Shown: positions 13,301 through 25,300 of the stretch, in pieces | How the letters are laid out: every line of letters begins with the position of its first letter | Position numbering within the stretch: the stretch's first letter is position 1 | Assembly (NCBI GenBank): GCA_039621445.1 | Contig: CP154954.1 | Coordinates: forward strand, 31,458,012 to 31,522,011 | Source of the DNA: Euglena gracilis | Taxonomy: Eukaryota | Reading direction: 5' to 3' | DNA: 64,000 nt | Notes under the pieces: generated by a model | Seen by the model: the letters and a program-made list of their open reading frames with translations, nothing else | Databases searched by the model: none | Told to the model about the DNA's origin: nothing | Made by a program: the position numbers and the translations under genes

Positions 13301-16300
13301 TTTTGGGAATCGAGAAAAACGATTTTCCAGCGCACATCTATGGGGCTCCGTCCTGGGCGGCTGAAGGGGTGGCTGTGGGCGTGCCTGATGGCGTGGTAGT
13401 TGGGGTTCCGGTGGGCGTCGCCGACGGTGTGGTGGTGGGCGTGCCAGTGGGAGTTGCCGAGGGCGTGCCCGTGGGCGTTGCCGACGGCGTGCCAGTGGGG
13501 GTGCCGGAGGGCGTCGCCGAGGGGGTACCGGTGGGGGTGCCAGAGGGTGTGGCGGACGGTGTGTTGGTGGGCGTGCCGGAATTGGGCGCTGCAAACTGCC
13601 GAAGTTTTGGCCACAATGGTCGTTGGTGCGCATCGATAAAGCGTTTTTATGCGTGGAATTTGTTCCGCTCAAACTCACACTGATGGAACTGAGTAGATCT
13701 TTGACGAGGTAGCCTGAATTTTTGACATTCAAAAATGTCAAACATTGCAAATAATGATGGAGGCCACATGAACTTGGCTTGTTGGCAGAAACGCGCATTG
13801 AAATACCTTTGGCTCCGCCGTTTACTTGCAGCCAGGGCGGCGCCTGACGAACCTCCCTCCCCACCCGAGTGCCCACCTCAAAGGCGGGAATAAAGCTGTT
13901 GGTTGAAGGGGTTGCAAATGGAAAAAAGCTGCTCTTAGGTGGCGCATCTCGCACTTCACACAGAGTCGGCTTGCTCCTTTGCACATTTGTGCAAAGGTGC
14001 CACTTTTTGGGAAATCCCAAAGTGGTGCCCATACCCGTAAAATGTGGTTGGGATGTAGTCTGGAACCCAGGACCACAAGGGAAATGCAAAGACTTCGAAC
14101 ATGAGGGTACCTTGGAGCAGGTGTCCCCACAGCATACAGGGCACGAACACCTCGCATGTGTGTTTGAGAACATCTTACGGCTGCCTCATGAACTTCACGA
14201 TGCCATACACTTTGACTTTCAAAAAAGAATTGTTGGTTACTTTGCACAAGTGCACAAAAGAACCACTTGCGCAAATGTGAACACAGGAATGTGCACACAG
14301 GAACCACTGTAACTGCCACAATGGTTTTTGCGCAGCTGCTGGAACGGACAGTTCACCTGGTTCACAAATGGTTCCTTCGTGCATTTGTGCAAATGAACAA
14401 ACAATGTTCCTTTTCGCATTTGCGCAAAATATTATTGTGCGATACCAGTTAGGAATAGGTGCAACAGAATTTGCTGCAATTATGCAAATACATCAACACG
14501 TTAGATTAGTGGAAATTGAGCATGGCAAAGGAACTGCCTTCCGGGCCCGAATTTGGGCTTCTGCAATTGAGCCTGTGAATAACCATTTCTGACCCTGAAG
14601 CATTAAAATAAACGGAACATAAGGTTTCACTGGTGGGAAAAAAATGGGTTGAAAAGTGCCCTTTACCCCTGGTCATTATGTCGAAAAGTGAGGTGCAGAA
14701 CATTGCTTGCGAATGGAACCGCTTGCTGACTGGGAAAAAAAATTGTGTCCAGGGAGGTTCAGGGGCGTGATGCAATACGTTGACATGATTTTCTGGCAAA
14801 CTCAGATATGCTGTGCAAACATCTCGACTTTGTGGACGCGCTGTTTCCACTGTCCTCCTGTCTCAGAAGACCACACTGTTAAGGCCTCGGCGATGAAGTT
14901 AGGAAAAATCACGGATGAACTGCTCCTTTGAGCAATTGCACAAAGGAAGCACTCAGGAAACACAGCAATGTTCATGGGGAGGGGGTCCAGCACCATCGGA
15001 ACACCTGAATGGTAATTATTTTCTAGCGCGAAAAAGGCAGGCATATGAGGTTGTTGGTTGCTTTTGAAAATGGTTCCTTTGCACATTTGTGCAAAAGAAC
15101 ACTGTTTTTTTTTGCTGCTATGCGAGTCTCACAGAATTTCAGTGTAAATGGGTTGATTTGGCCGACCTACCACAGAGCTGAAGTAGTAACCAGAAATTCC
15201 AGAGCTTTCTAACGTTCCGTTTCAACCTGCAAAACAAACTCCTTTCAAACCCACACGATGCTGCATGGCAAACAAAATGCAAGAAAAGGGGACCTTTCAC
15301 CCAGCCTCCAGACCACCTGGCAGTTGCCAGACAGGAAATGGGACCAGGGGTTTTTGGGGTTTTGAGTAATTTTGTGGAATCCATTGATCCTGGATATTAC
15401 CTCCCCCCCCCTTGTCTAAGAACCAGAAAAGATGGGTAAGAACCGGGGGGGTGGTGCTTCTTTTGCCAAAATATGGGTAAGAACCAGGGGGGTGGTGCTT
15501 ACACAAGGGGGAAAAATTTGACTGCAAAAAAAATCCGGCGCTTCGCGCCGAAAAGGAAAAATTCCCCTTAATTTGAAGGAGCACTGTTGAACTTACACAC
15601 ATTTGGATGCAGAAATCAACAATACCTCACCAAATCAGGTCTCAGAAGTTGCAGAAATTTCGAAATTTTTGAGAAATTTCCCTTAAAAATGCACACAAAA
15701 TAAAGCTCCCCGTGACGATGACCTGTAAAAAGATGGGTAAGAACCGGGGGGGGGTGCTTAGACAAGGGTGGTGCTTAGACAAGGGGGGGGGGGGAGGTAA
15801 CTCCAGGAAACAAGAACTATCACCATGTTTCGAAGGGTCAAAACATCAAATTTCAGACTTTCCCCTGGGCTTCACCCCCGAGAAATTGTGCAAATCTGCA
15901 CATACAGGGCCCTGTGAAACAGGCAATTCAAAAAATCAGGACCCCAACCCCCCAAATCAAAAAACGAGTTCCTTTGCACAAAAGCGCACAGGAACACGAC
16001 AAAATTTAAATGCTGGTAAGGAATAAAAACTTGCTTCATTCACTCAACGGGTGTCATCTGTCAAATGAACAAAAATTGCAAGTTTCCCCAAAGACTTTCA
16101 ATTAACCCCCCCCCACTCAAAGCATGGAGGGCGAATGGCTCACACAGACAGACCAGACCGTTGATTTCATATGGCGTGGTGCCCCCCTGAACAAAACCCG
16201 AGATCCACTGCCTAAGGGGTGAGGTTCCTTCCGGCTTAAGGGACGACCTGATTACAGATTAACTTTCTTCCCACAAAGAAGCCACGCAATGCATCCGACA

Positions 16301-19300
16301 CCTGGGGCAAGGTCGACACTTTTTCGGAGGGTCAAAAGACGGTCCTGGGACCACGAGAAGGAGATGGACATGTGCATTAAGCGCCGCAAGGTAAATTAAA
16401 GATGTGCATTTTGGAGACCTATACTGGGGGGGAATTTCGTGCCAGAGATATTCTGCGGCGACAAATTTCGCGGGCGACAAATTTCGCGGGATTCCTTAAA
16501 AATGTCTGGAAATATTTCGCGGGATTTTTTTTCTGTGAGTTTTTGGTTGAACATCGTGAACCATGAAAGATGGAGAGTGAAATGCATCCTCCAATGAATC
16601 AAGGGACTGGACACCTCCAGAACAACAAAAATCCTCAGGAAGCAGATGCCTTGTCCGAGAGGGTTCACCTAATGTTGAAAAACACTCAATATTCGCAGGA
16701 AAAATTTCGCGGGATTCCTTAAAAATGTCCGGAAATATTTCGTGGGATTTGCTTCCGCAAAATTTGTCTGGCAAATTTTCTCTAGGGCAAAATTCACCCC
16801 CCCCCGGAAGTACCCATCACAGGGCAGTGGGAGTCGAAATGACGTTGACGCTCCTTCACTTAACTGGCACAACCAAAAAAACGGAAGGATTTGCAGCGCC
16901 CGAAACAGATGGTGTGGCAGTCGGAGTCCCACTTGGCGTGGTAGTTGGGGTTCCGGTGGGCGTCGCCGACGGTGTGGTGGTGGGCGTGCCAGTGGGAGTT
17001 GCCGAGGGCGTGTCCGTGGGCGTTGCCGACGGCGTGCCAGTGGGGGTGCTGGAGGGCGTCGCCGAGGGGGTACCGGTGGGGGTGCCAGAGGGTGTGGCGG
17101 ACGGTGTGTCGGTGGGCGTGCCGGAAGGCGTGGCCGTGGGCGTGCCCGAGGGTGTGGCGGAGGGCGTGGACGTCGGTGTTTCAGATGGGGTGGCGGTGGG
17201 GGTACCGGACGGTGTGGCGGAGGGTGTGCCGGTGGGCGTGGCAGACGGCGTGGAGGACGGCGTCCCGGTCAGACCTCTCCTTAGTGTGTATCCTAGGTGC
17301 ACAGGGATACACAAAAAATTTTTTGGCGATACACAAGGATACACAAATTTTTTTTTGGTGATACACATGGATACACAAAATTTTTTTTGGCGATACACAG
17401 GATACACAAAAAAAAATTGGCGATACACAAAGAATACATGAATACACAAAAAATAATACAAAAAAGGACGGGTTGATCTGTTGACATCATTGCCGTAAAG
17501 TTGAGCGGACATTGGCCCCGGCTCAACCCGCAAAAGCGTGGCAGGGAATCTCACCCTGCTGCTGTGGTAGGGGGAGGGGCGCTACTCCCTCGCATGGCAA
17601 ATGCAGAGCCCCGGTACATTTGCACATGCCCATACCCCGGCTCACCTGTTTTTTGATTTTTTATTTTTTTTGACTTTGCATTTTTTTGATTTTTTTTTGC
17701 TTTTTAGAGTTTTTTTTGGCACTTGTCAGATGATCACACACATTTGGGATTGAAATTGTCAGTTGGATGTCGATCTAAGGACGCGTTTCTTGGCATCCTC
17801 CAATAACCTTCTCACACCAGGTGGAATGCCCAGACGACTCATGTCTTCCACGCTGAGAAATTGAATTGTTTCTTTGGTGTCAAACCCCTCATTCCGCAAT
17901 GAAGTTGCAAAACGGCCGAGAATCGGATTGTTGGTAACGAGATCTTGAAACCATGAGCAGGAATACAACGCACTGTCTGGGGGGACATTTTGTGGCTCCT
18001 CTTCTTTTTTTTGAGGGACGATTGGAGGAGGGTGAACTGTCACAGATGCAGCTGACGATGTTCCCTCCGAATGTTCATTCAAATAAGAAGAAGCGGAATC
18101 AGAATTTTCTGATGTACTCTCTGTGTCTCCATCACTCTCTGCATCAGAAGATGAAAACCCCTCCGAGGAGGAGTCCACCTCGTCAGCCCGGGAGGTCCGC
18201 AACTGCCTTTGGGCTGTCCTGCGGTCGCAGGAACCAGCCCACCGGCGAACTGCTTCCGCCACCAACTCCGCATCGGGACAGGTGCTGGTTCGCACCGCCA
18301 CCTCGTCGACGACGTGGTTCCTCGCAAGAGAAGAGCGCCGTGGATTGCAGACAAGCTTGACAATCGAGTTTAATACAGGTTGGCGTGTCACACTGTGGTA
18401 TCCTGTCAACAGAAGCATTTTGCGGCAGGCCATTTCCACAGAGAGCTGCCTGGGGCTTCCAATGGATGAACACACAATGGTGGCGGGTTAGAGGATGGCG
18501 GCGGGTTAGAAGCGGTGGTCAGAGAATCTGACAGATGAGAAACCTTGCAGCCCTCTCTGGAGTGCTTGTCAAAAAAAAAACTGGATGAAAGACCAAAAGA
18601 TGACGCCAACCTGGTTGAGTTGCTCGCAATGTGTTTGGCTGAGGGGAACCGTGCATTGGCAGAGATGGTTGTGAACCTTCATTCCCACTTTTAAGATTTT
18701 CATACATTTGGTCGCGCAATGCACAACCAACTCTGGGCACAATCGGCAAGCACATTCCAAAATCAATGCAAAAATATCTTCCATTGTAACACTGTGTAAC
18801 AAAAGTCATGGAAGATACTTTGGACGCTTGGTGATCTTTTCCTTGTGGACTGCAGGCTGCAAACTCCCAAGTCCGCACCACGTCAAGGGACCGGATTCGA
18901 CCCGATTTGGACCTGCTTGGGGGGAGCTCTTGACACAATTTTTTTGCCACTGAAATGAACGAAACGTAAGTAAAATGAACGAAACGTAAGTAAAATGAGG
19001 GGTCCGAACGAAAGAAACAAGTTGGGGGGGCACTTTCACCCGTGGTTGTGTAGCGGATGGTCAGAATGCGTAACGTTCAAATAACTTTCGAGTGTCGAGC
19101 AAAGCGAGGGGGGGGGGCGGCCCGAAGGGCACGCTTACCCCCACGAGGTGTGGCACGGTGCGGCGCACGGTGCAACGGTGCGGGCAACGGGGCAGCGGTC
19201 AGCCGCGTGCGTCTGCCGCATCACCAACGGGGGGAGGGGCTTTAGAGGCCCCGTACCACCCCCACCACCGCGGGTCTCCTCCACGATGCCTCCGCGGTGA

Positions 19301-22300
19301 AGGTCCGCGTATGTGTAAGTCGTGTGTTGTTGCAATGTGGCTGGGGGTCAAAAAAACAAACGGGGGGGTGTATTGGGATAGGTCGTCTCACAGCCCGTCT
19401 TGCCAAGGGTTGCGTTGCAACTCGAAAGTTGCACGGCAAGCCTTAACAAGCTCAAATGCACACACTCCCCTTTCTGATTTTTGGCTTTTTTGTTGTCCTT
19501 AAGGAACTTTCCGACTTTTTTTGAACGTCTTTTTTTTTTGACGTCTCTTAGAACCAAACCACCTTTGTGGTTTACCGCTTTTTTTTTTGTTGTTGCGCAA
19601 CTTTTTTTGTGGGTTTCCACCTCTTTATCCAACCGTTCGAACCACTTATTGATTGCCTTTGTGTGTGTTCGTGTGTCTTTCGATCTGTTACCCGCTGCAG
19701 ACGAGTACCAAAAATCAAAAGATCGAAAAAGAAAGCGACCCCGCAACCTGCGGGACCGATTCCCCACGAAACTTGGCGCCTTGAAAAAAAAAACTGAAAA
19801 AATCTGAGAAATGGAGAAAACCCCTGAATTCCTCACACGGAACCCTCCCGAATTCTCTTTTTGAAATACGCCATGAGGTCGATTTTCAAATTTGCCTCCT
19901 CGGCGTAAACAAAACATTCTCGGGCGTAACGATGGAAAAAATGCCCGATGGGTTCCCAAGTGTTATCCGATTCATCCCAACCCTTCCATTTCACAAGAAA
20001 TTGCCATTGTCCATTTGGACCTTTTCTATGTGAAATAATTTTTTCCACAACATATTGTCCGGGGGTAGCTTCCACATCCTCGGTTTCGCTTTGGTAAAAA
20101 TTCAATGGTAGGGGTTCTCCAACGAATTTGTCTTCCGCATGCAATTTCAATTGTGTGATGTGCACGCTTTGCATTATACCAGGTTTCACCTCAACCTGGT
20201 ATGAACCTTGACCCAAACGTCGTTTGACCTCACAAGGACCCAACCAACGGCTTTTCAAGTTTGCTTGCAAATTGGATGGACGCAAATACCAAACTTTCTG
20301 CCCAATGTCCAAAATTGGTTTTTCAGCCCTTTGAGAGTTCAAAGCCTCAAAACGTTGTAAATGAAGGGCGTTCAATTTTTCAGCAATTTTTGAATCCAAC
20401 TCGGACATTCTTTTGAAAAAATCTGAAGCTTCCTCCGCTTCGCGGGGAATGGGACGAGGAAAACCGGCCAATAGCATGTTTCGTCCAAAAACAATTTCGT
20501 AGGGGGATAAGCCACTTGGCCCAGGGATGTTATGAAATTTCCTCCTCACCAATGGCAAAATTTCAACCCAATTTGTGTCCATCTCGTCGCAAACTTTCCT
20601 TAGCCAAGTTTTGAATTCTTTTCCTTGCACTTCCGCCCTACCGTTGGCTTGATGGTGATACGCTTGCGCCTTTGCGCTTCGTATCCCCATGCAACCGCAC
20701 ATCGTGAGCCACCATGCCCCTGAAAATTGGGGGCCTTGGTCACTCGTGATGACCGTTGGCAAGCCAAATAAATCCAACCACCGATTAAACATTTCCTTGG
20801 CCACCGCCTTAGCCGTACACCCTTTTCTCCTATGGGGTGTTACTATTGTCCAACCGCTTAGGCGATCTACACAAACCGCCATGCAATCAAATTCTTGCCC
20901 GTCAAATTTTACACGGGGCATGTTAAAGAGGTCGATCGAAACACTTGACCCCAAAAATGGTGGTATGATGGTGGGACGCAAAGGCCCCTTCAAAGAAAAA
21001 CATGGGGGGCTGTGCGCTTGACAAATTTCGCACATTTTTGAAACCGACAAAGTGATTTCTTTTGCCCCCACCAAAGGTGAAAAATGAAAGTGTTTTGTCA
21101 TTTCCAACCACAACCTTTCCCCACCCACATGTCCCACGTGGGCGTGGTACTCCCGGACAAAAGGTCCAGTTACACCGGCGGGTACACACAAAAGTCCTTG
21201 GAAAAATAGCCGGTTGTCCAAAATTTGAAAATTTTCAGGCCAATTTTCCGAATGCGGTTTGTGTAACTCCTCCCAAATATCCTTAAAATACGCACACCGT
21301 GCATACAAAGTGGACCAATCCCGGTGCATCACAGGTTCCTTGGACAAATTTTCGTCCTCCCCCCCTTGATTTTCAGGGCCACCAAGGGGAAAATGCTGCC
21401 CGGGAAAGTTTTCCGTCTCCCCCCCTTCCTCCACTTCATTGCCCATGGTATCCACAGGGGAGATCATTTTTTCCAACACCGAAATCTGCCGTGAAAAATC
21501 AAAATCAACAACTTCACCGTTTTTGTGCAAGCGAACAACCATGCAAGCTCGTTCCATTTTTTTCTCATCGTTCATGCACCAGTGACATCAAGACCTTGAA
21601 CACCCGGAAAATGCAATTGCAACACTTGTAACTGCTTTGTGACCTCTGTGTGGTCAAATTTCAAATCAGATAATGGCCATGTCCGTCTGTCAAACACACT
21701 GGCACCCCACCCTGAAACCGTCTTGAATAACGTTGGAAGAACAGCCCATTGCGCTTGTGTGGAAAGTGAAAGAGTGGTCAAAATGGCAGCCCAACGCTCA
21801 TAAATAACCATGCCGCCCACCAGCAGAACACTTTGGCTTTTTTTCAACAGATTGCGTGCCTTTCGTTGTTGCTTATTTGGGAATTGGAATTCACCCAAGA
21901 ACACCTGGTATGCTTTCAAATTATTCAACCAAGCATGAGCCGCCGCGCGTTTCCAAAAGATGTACCTGTTTTTTTTGGACTCTTTTGAACTTCAACAAGC
22001 GTTTGCGCCCAACAGGCACCTGACCTTGGTTGATGTGATACCCCAAATCACGGGCAACCTTGCGCAGTGCGGCCCAGCGCTTCGTGGACACGCTGAACAG
22101 GCGAGCTGTCTTGGTGAGCAACGAGTTCAAGCGCTTCGCCGTGGCTCGCACCTGTTGGGCCTCCTGATCATCCCGGTCCGCTTTTGGAACAGCTGTGACA
22201 TCAAAATCAACACGCTGTGTTCTGTGGGAAGCACAATACCACTGGATTGCATTTGGCGCTTCTTGCTGAATATCCTTGTGCAATGCATGGAGCAAAACAG

Positions 22301-25300
22301 ATGCACCGTCAACACACAAGGCAACCAAATTGGCATCCAACCAGGCGGTGACATTAACTCCAGCAAAAACTTTGGCCACGGCAGCTTTAACAGATTGTGC
22401 ATCTCGCCCTTCACCAAGTATTTCCTCGACACCAACAACAAACTGGGTAAATGTCTTTTGGCTGAAAATCCGGGCTGTCACGGAGACCCATTGACGGCCG
22501 GCCTCCGTCACCTCATCGATCATCACTGCCCGCGCCGTTGCCAGCGCCCACAGCTTGCGTGTGTGCTCCCTGGATGCATCAGCAAGATGCTTCAGGACCA
22601 CTGGGGTGTAGCGAGAAGCGTAGCGCAGATCATAATCCACCCCATTGGCCTGCTGCAACTCCAACAAAGGTCGGAGTTTGGTGTAGCTCAAACCATTCCT
22701 TGCCATGAACAGAACTGTCCGAAATAACACCTTTGCCTTTGGAATCACTGATGCTGGTAAGGAAATCATGGCCTGGGATAAAGATGTGTTCATTGAATTC
22801 ACCATTCCAACAGCAGCAACGTGATATGATCCATCCTCGTGGTTCTTGACATTCCGATAAAAAAACAATTTGGTGGGCAGCATGAGGGCGTTCTTTTTTT
22901 CCCCCCGCCACAAACTTTGGGATGTTGTCTGAAAGCATGGCACACAGAGCACCACATTCCCACAGCTGGATCATGCTGGAGCCACGGACGACCATTTTGC
23001 CAATTACTTTGGAATATTTTTGCTTTCATTGGCCTGTCACGGCCAGGCAATTTCAATTTCTTTCTGGGTGGGACATTGGAATCTCCAGGGGGCGATTGAG
23101 GGCTGTCGCTCTCCATGTCCTCCTCCGATCCCGCCTGGTTGTTGTCCTCGCTCCGCACCGGCGCAGAAGAAAAAGCAAGAGACATTTGCTTCATTGCTGT
23201 GAGGAGAGACTGAGATACACAGGGATACACAAAAATTTTTTTGGTGATACACAGGAATACACAATTTTTTTTTTGGCGATACACATGGATACACAATTTT
23301 TTTTTTGGTGATACACAGGATACACAAAAATTTTTTTCGGCGATACACACTAAGGAGAGGTCTGGTCCCGGTTGGGGTGGTTGCAGGGGCAGAGCTTCAA
23401 GGAACACACTATAACTCTCCCAGCGCACAAATGGCACATAACGTTCAACAGCACTCACCTCTGTTAAATTCTTGATGCTCTCTCTCCCCCCTCCCCGAAA
23501 TCTTTGCCCCTTGTGCAAGCGGATTTGCTGCACGATGATTGTATGGGTGTACTCGTGTCTTTCCATTTGCAAGGAACTCACTTTTGTTGCCAGTGTTCAT
23601 GTTGTCCTCGTTTTGAAAATACCCCAGAAAATTGTCCTCAACTTGATGCTCGCTGTCGGGAAGAGAATGCCATCACCCTCTTCCAGGATCCTTGGGCCTT
23701 GGGCCCTCCAATACACAAAGTATAAGGTAACAAATTGGGCAAAGCTGAGGAGGGGGTGACAATTGTACACTTGGGTAAATGGAAAATGAAATTTCTATTT
23801 GCATTGAAGTACATTTTTGAGTACTTTGAAAGCATGTGTAAACCCAAAGAGAAACTCATACAAATGTGTGTGTGGAATTAATGACCTCCCCCCCCCTTGT
23901 CCAACGACCACTAATGTTCGTCTCTGACCGGGGGGGGGCAGTCGCTAAAATGGCCAATGTTCGTCTCCGACCAGGGGGGTGGTCGTTAGACAAGCGGGGT
24001 GGACCCCAAATCGGAGAAAAATTTGCCATAGATGGGGGCATATGGCCATTTTTGGGCTGTTTTTGGCCATTTATGCTATTTCTTGACTACGGTTGGCCAC
24101 TTTTGGCCATTTTTGGACATTTTTGGGGCACTTTTGGGAATTTTTAGGCATTTTTGACCGCTCTTTGCCATGTTTGGTCGCTTTTGGCCACTTTTGGCAA
24201 CTGTTGGCCACACTTTGGCCCCCTTTGCCCATCTTTGGCCACTTTAGGCTGTTTTTGGTTACTTTTGGCCATTTTTGCCGTATTTTTGCTATTTTCGGCA
24301 ACTTTTTGGGCACTTTTGGCCATCCTTTGCCCATTTTAGGCCATTTTGGGCTATTGTTGACTGTTTTTAGCCAACCTTTAGCAATTTTGGCCGAACCAAC
24401 ATCGTACACAAAAAGATCGTCTCTGACCGGGGGGGGGGGGGGGGTTGTTAGACAAGCCAGGTCGTTGGACAAGGGGGGGAGGGGGGGAGGTATATTAATT
24501 TTTTGTGCGTTGCAGAATAAACGGGGCAGGGGGCAGAGAATTGTCTGGCATAGAGAGAGGGGTGACGTTTTCAGCGGGTGACAAATCAGCCAGAACGGGA
24601 ATCGCAGTGGTCTGCCCTGGAGGTTCAGCAGATGTTTCGAAGGGACTCAAACATGTTCACGGATCGACCTTAACCCCCGAAATTTTCTTCCCCGACTCCT
24701 CGGAAACCGAGCCTCCTCCGATGGTCATGGGAATGACAATAACAAAGCAAACAAGACCAATGTATGGCAAAGGCAAGACCTTTCCTTCAACCACTTCACC
24801 CACTCCATGGTGGCATTCGGGGAAGGGGAAAATGAGAAAAATGGAAAGAAGTTGCCAGATTTCCTTTGAATTGCCAATCAGGTTTAGAATAGGGGGGGGG
24901 GGGCGATCAGGGCAGATGGCTCTGCCCTGGGAGGCGGACGGTGTGGAGGTTGGCGTGCCGGTTGGGGTTGAAGAAGGGGTGCCGGTCGGGGTCCCGGATG
25001 GGGTGGAAGTGGGGGTGCCGGACGGTGTGCCCGACGGGGTGCCCGTCGGCGTGTCAGAAGGGGTGGCGGTTGGTGTCCCAGTCGGGGTGGCTGCAGTGGC
25101 AGGGCCCACAGGGCCATACAATTTTTTTTAACTGACCCCTTACTGGGGGGATCACTTCCATTCTTCCAAAAAACAGTCACTCACTTTTTTCGGAAAACCA
25201 GTCAGTCACTGCCCCCCCTTGGGGTGGTCGGTCACTCTGAAATCCAAGGGAAGTTTGACCACAAACGGGGAAAAAAGGCCAAAAAATTGCTGGTCGCTTG

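Larger units (their letters stand above)
17270..23364 (-). mobile_element. hAT DNA transposon (transposase-bearing) forming nonconventional intron 17265-23367
   Basis: TIR CAGACCTCTCCTTAGTGTGTATC (17270-) / GATACACACTAAGGAGAGGTCTG (-23364); TSD GTCCCGGT at 17262-17269 and 23365-23372; GATACAC subterminal arrays at both ends; hAT transposase inside. Confidence 0.95.

Noticed and set aside
17290-17460. GATACACA repeats as a CRISPR array (also 23213-23350)
   Set aside because: Spacers are short, similar A/T runs; they are subterminal repeats of the hAT element; eukaryotic context with no cas genes
23379-23392. 17-nt version of the microexon using the upstream CTG
   Set aside because: The downstream CTG gives the longer stem and keeps the TPSA|TPTG register
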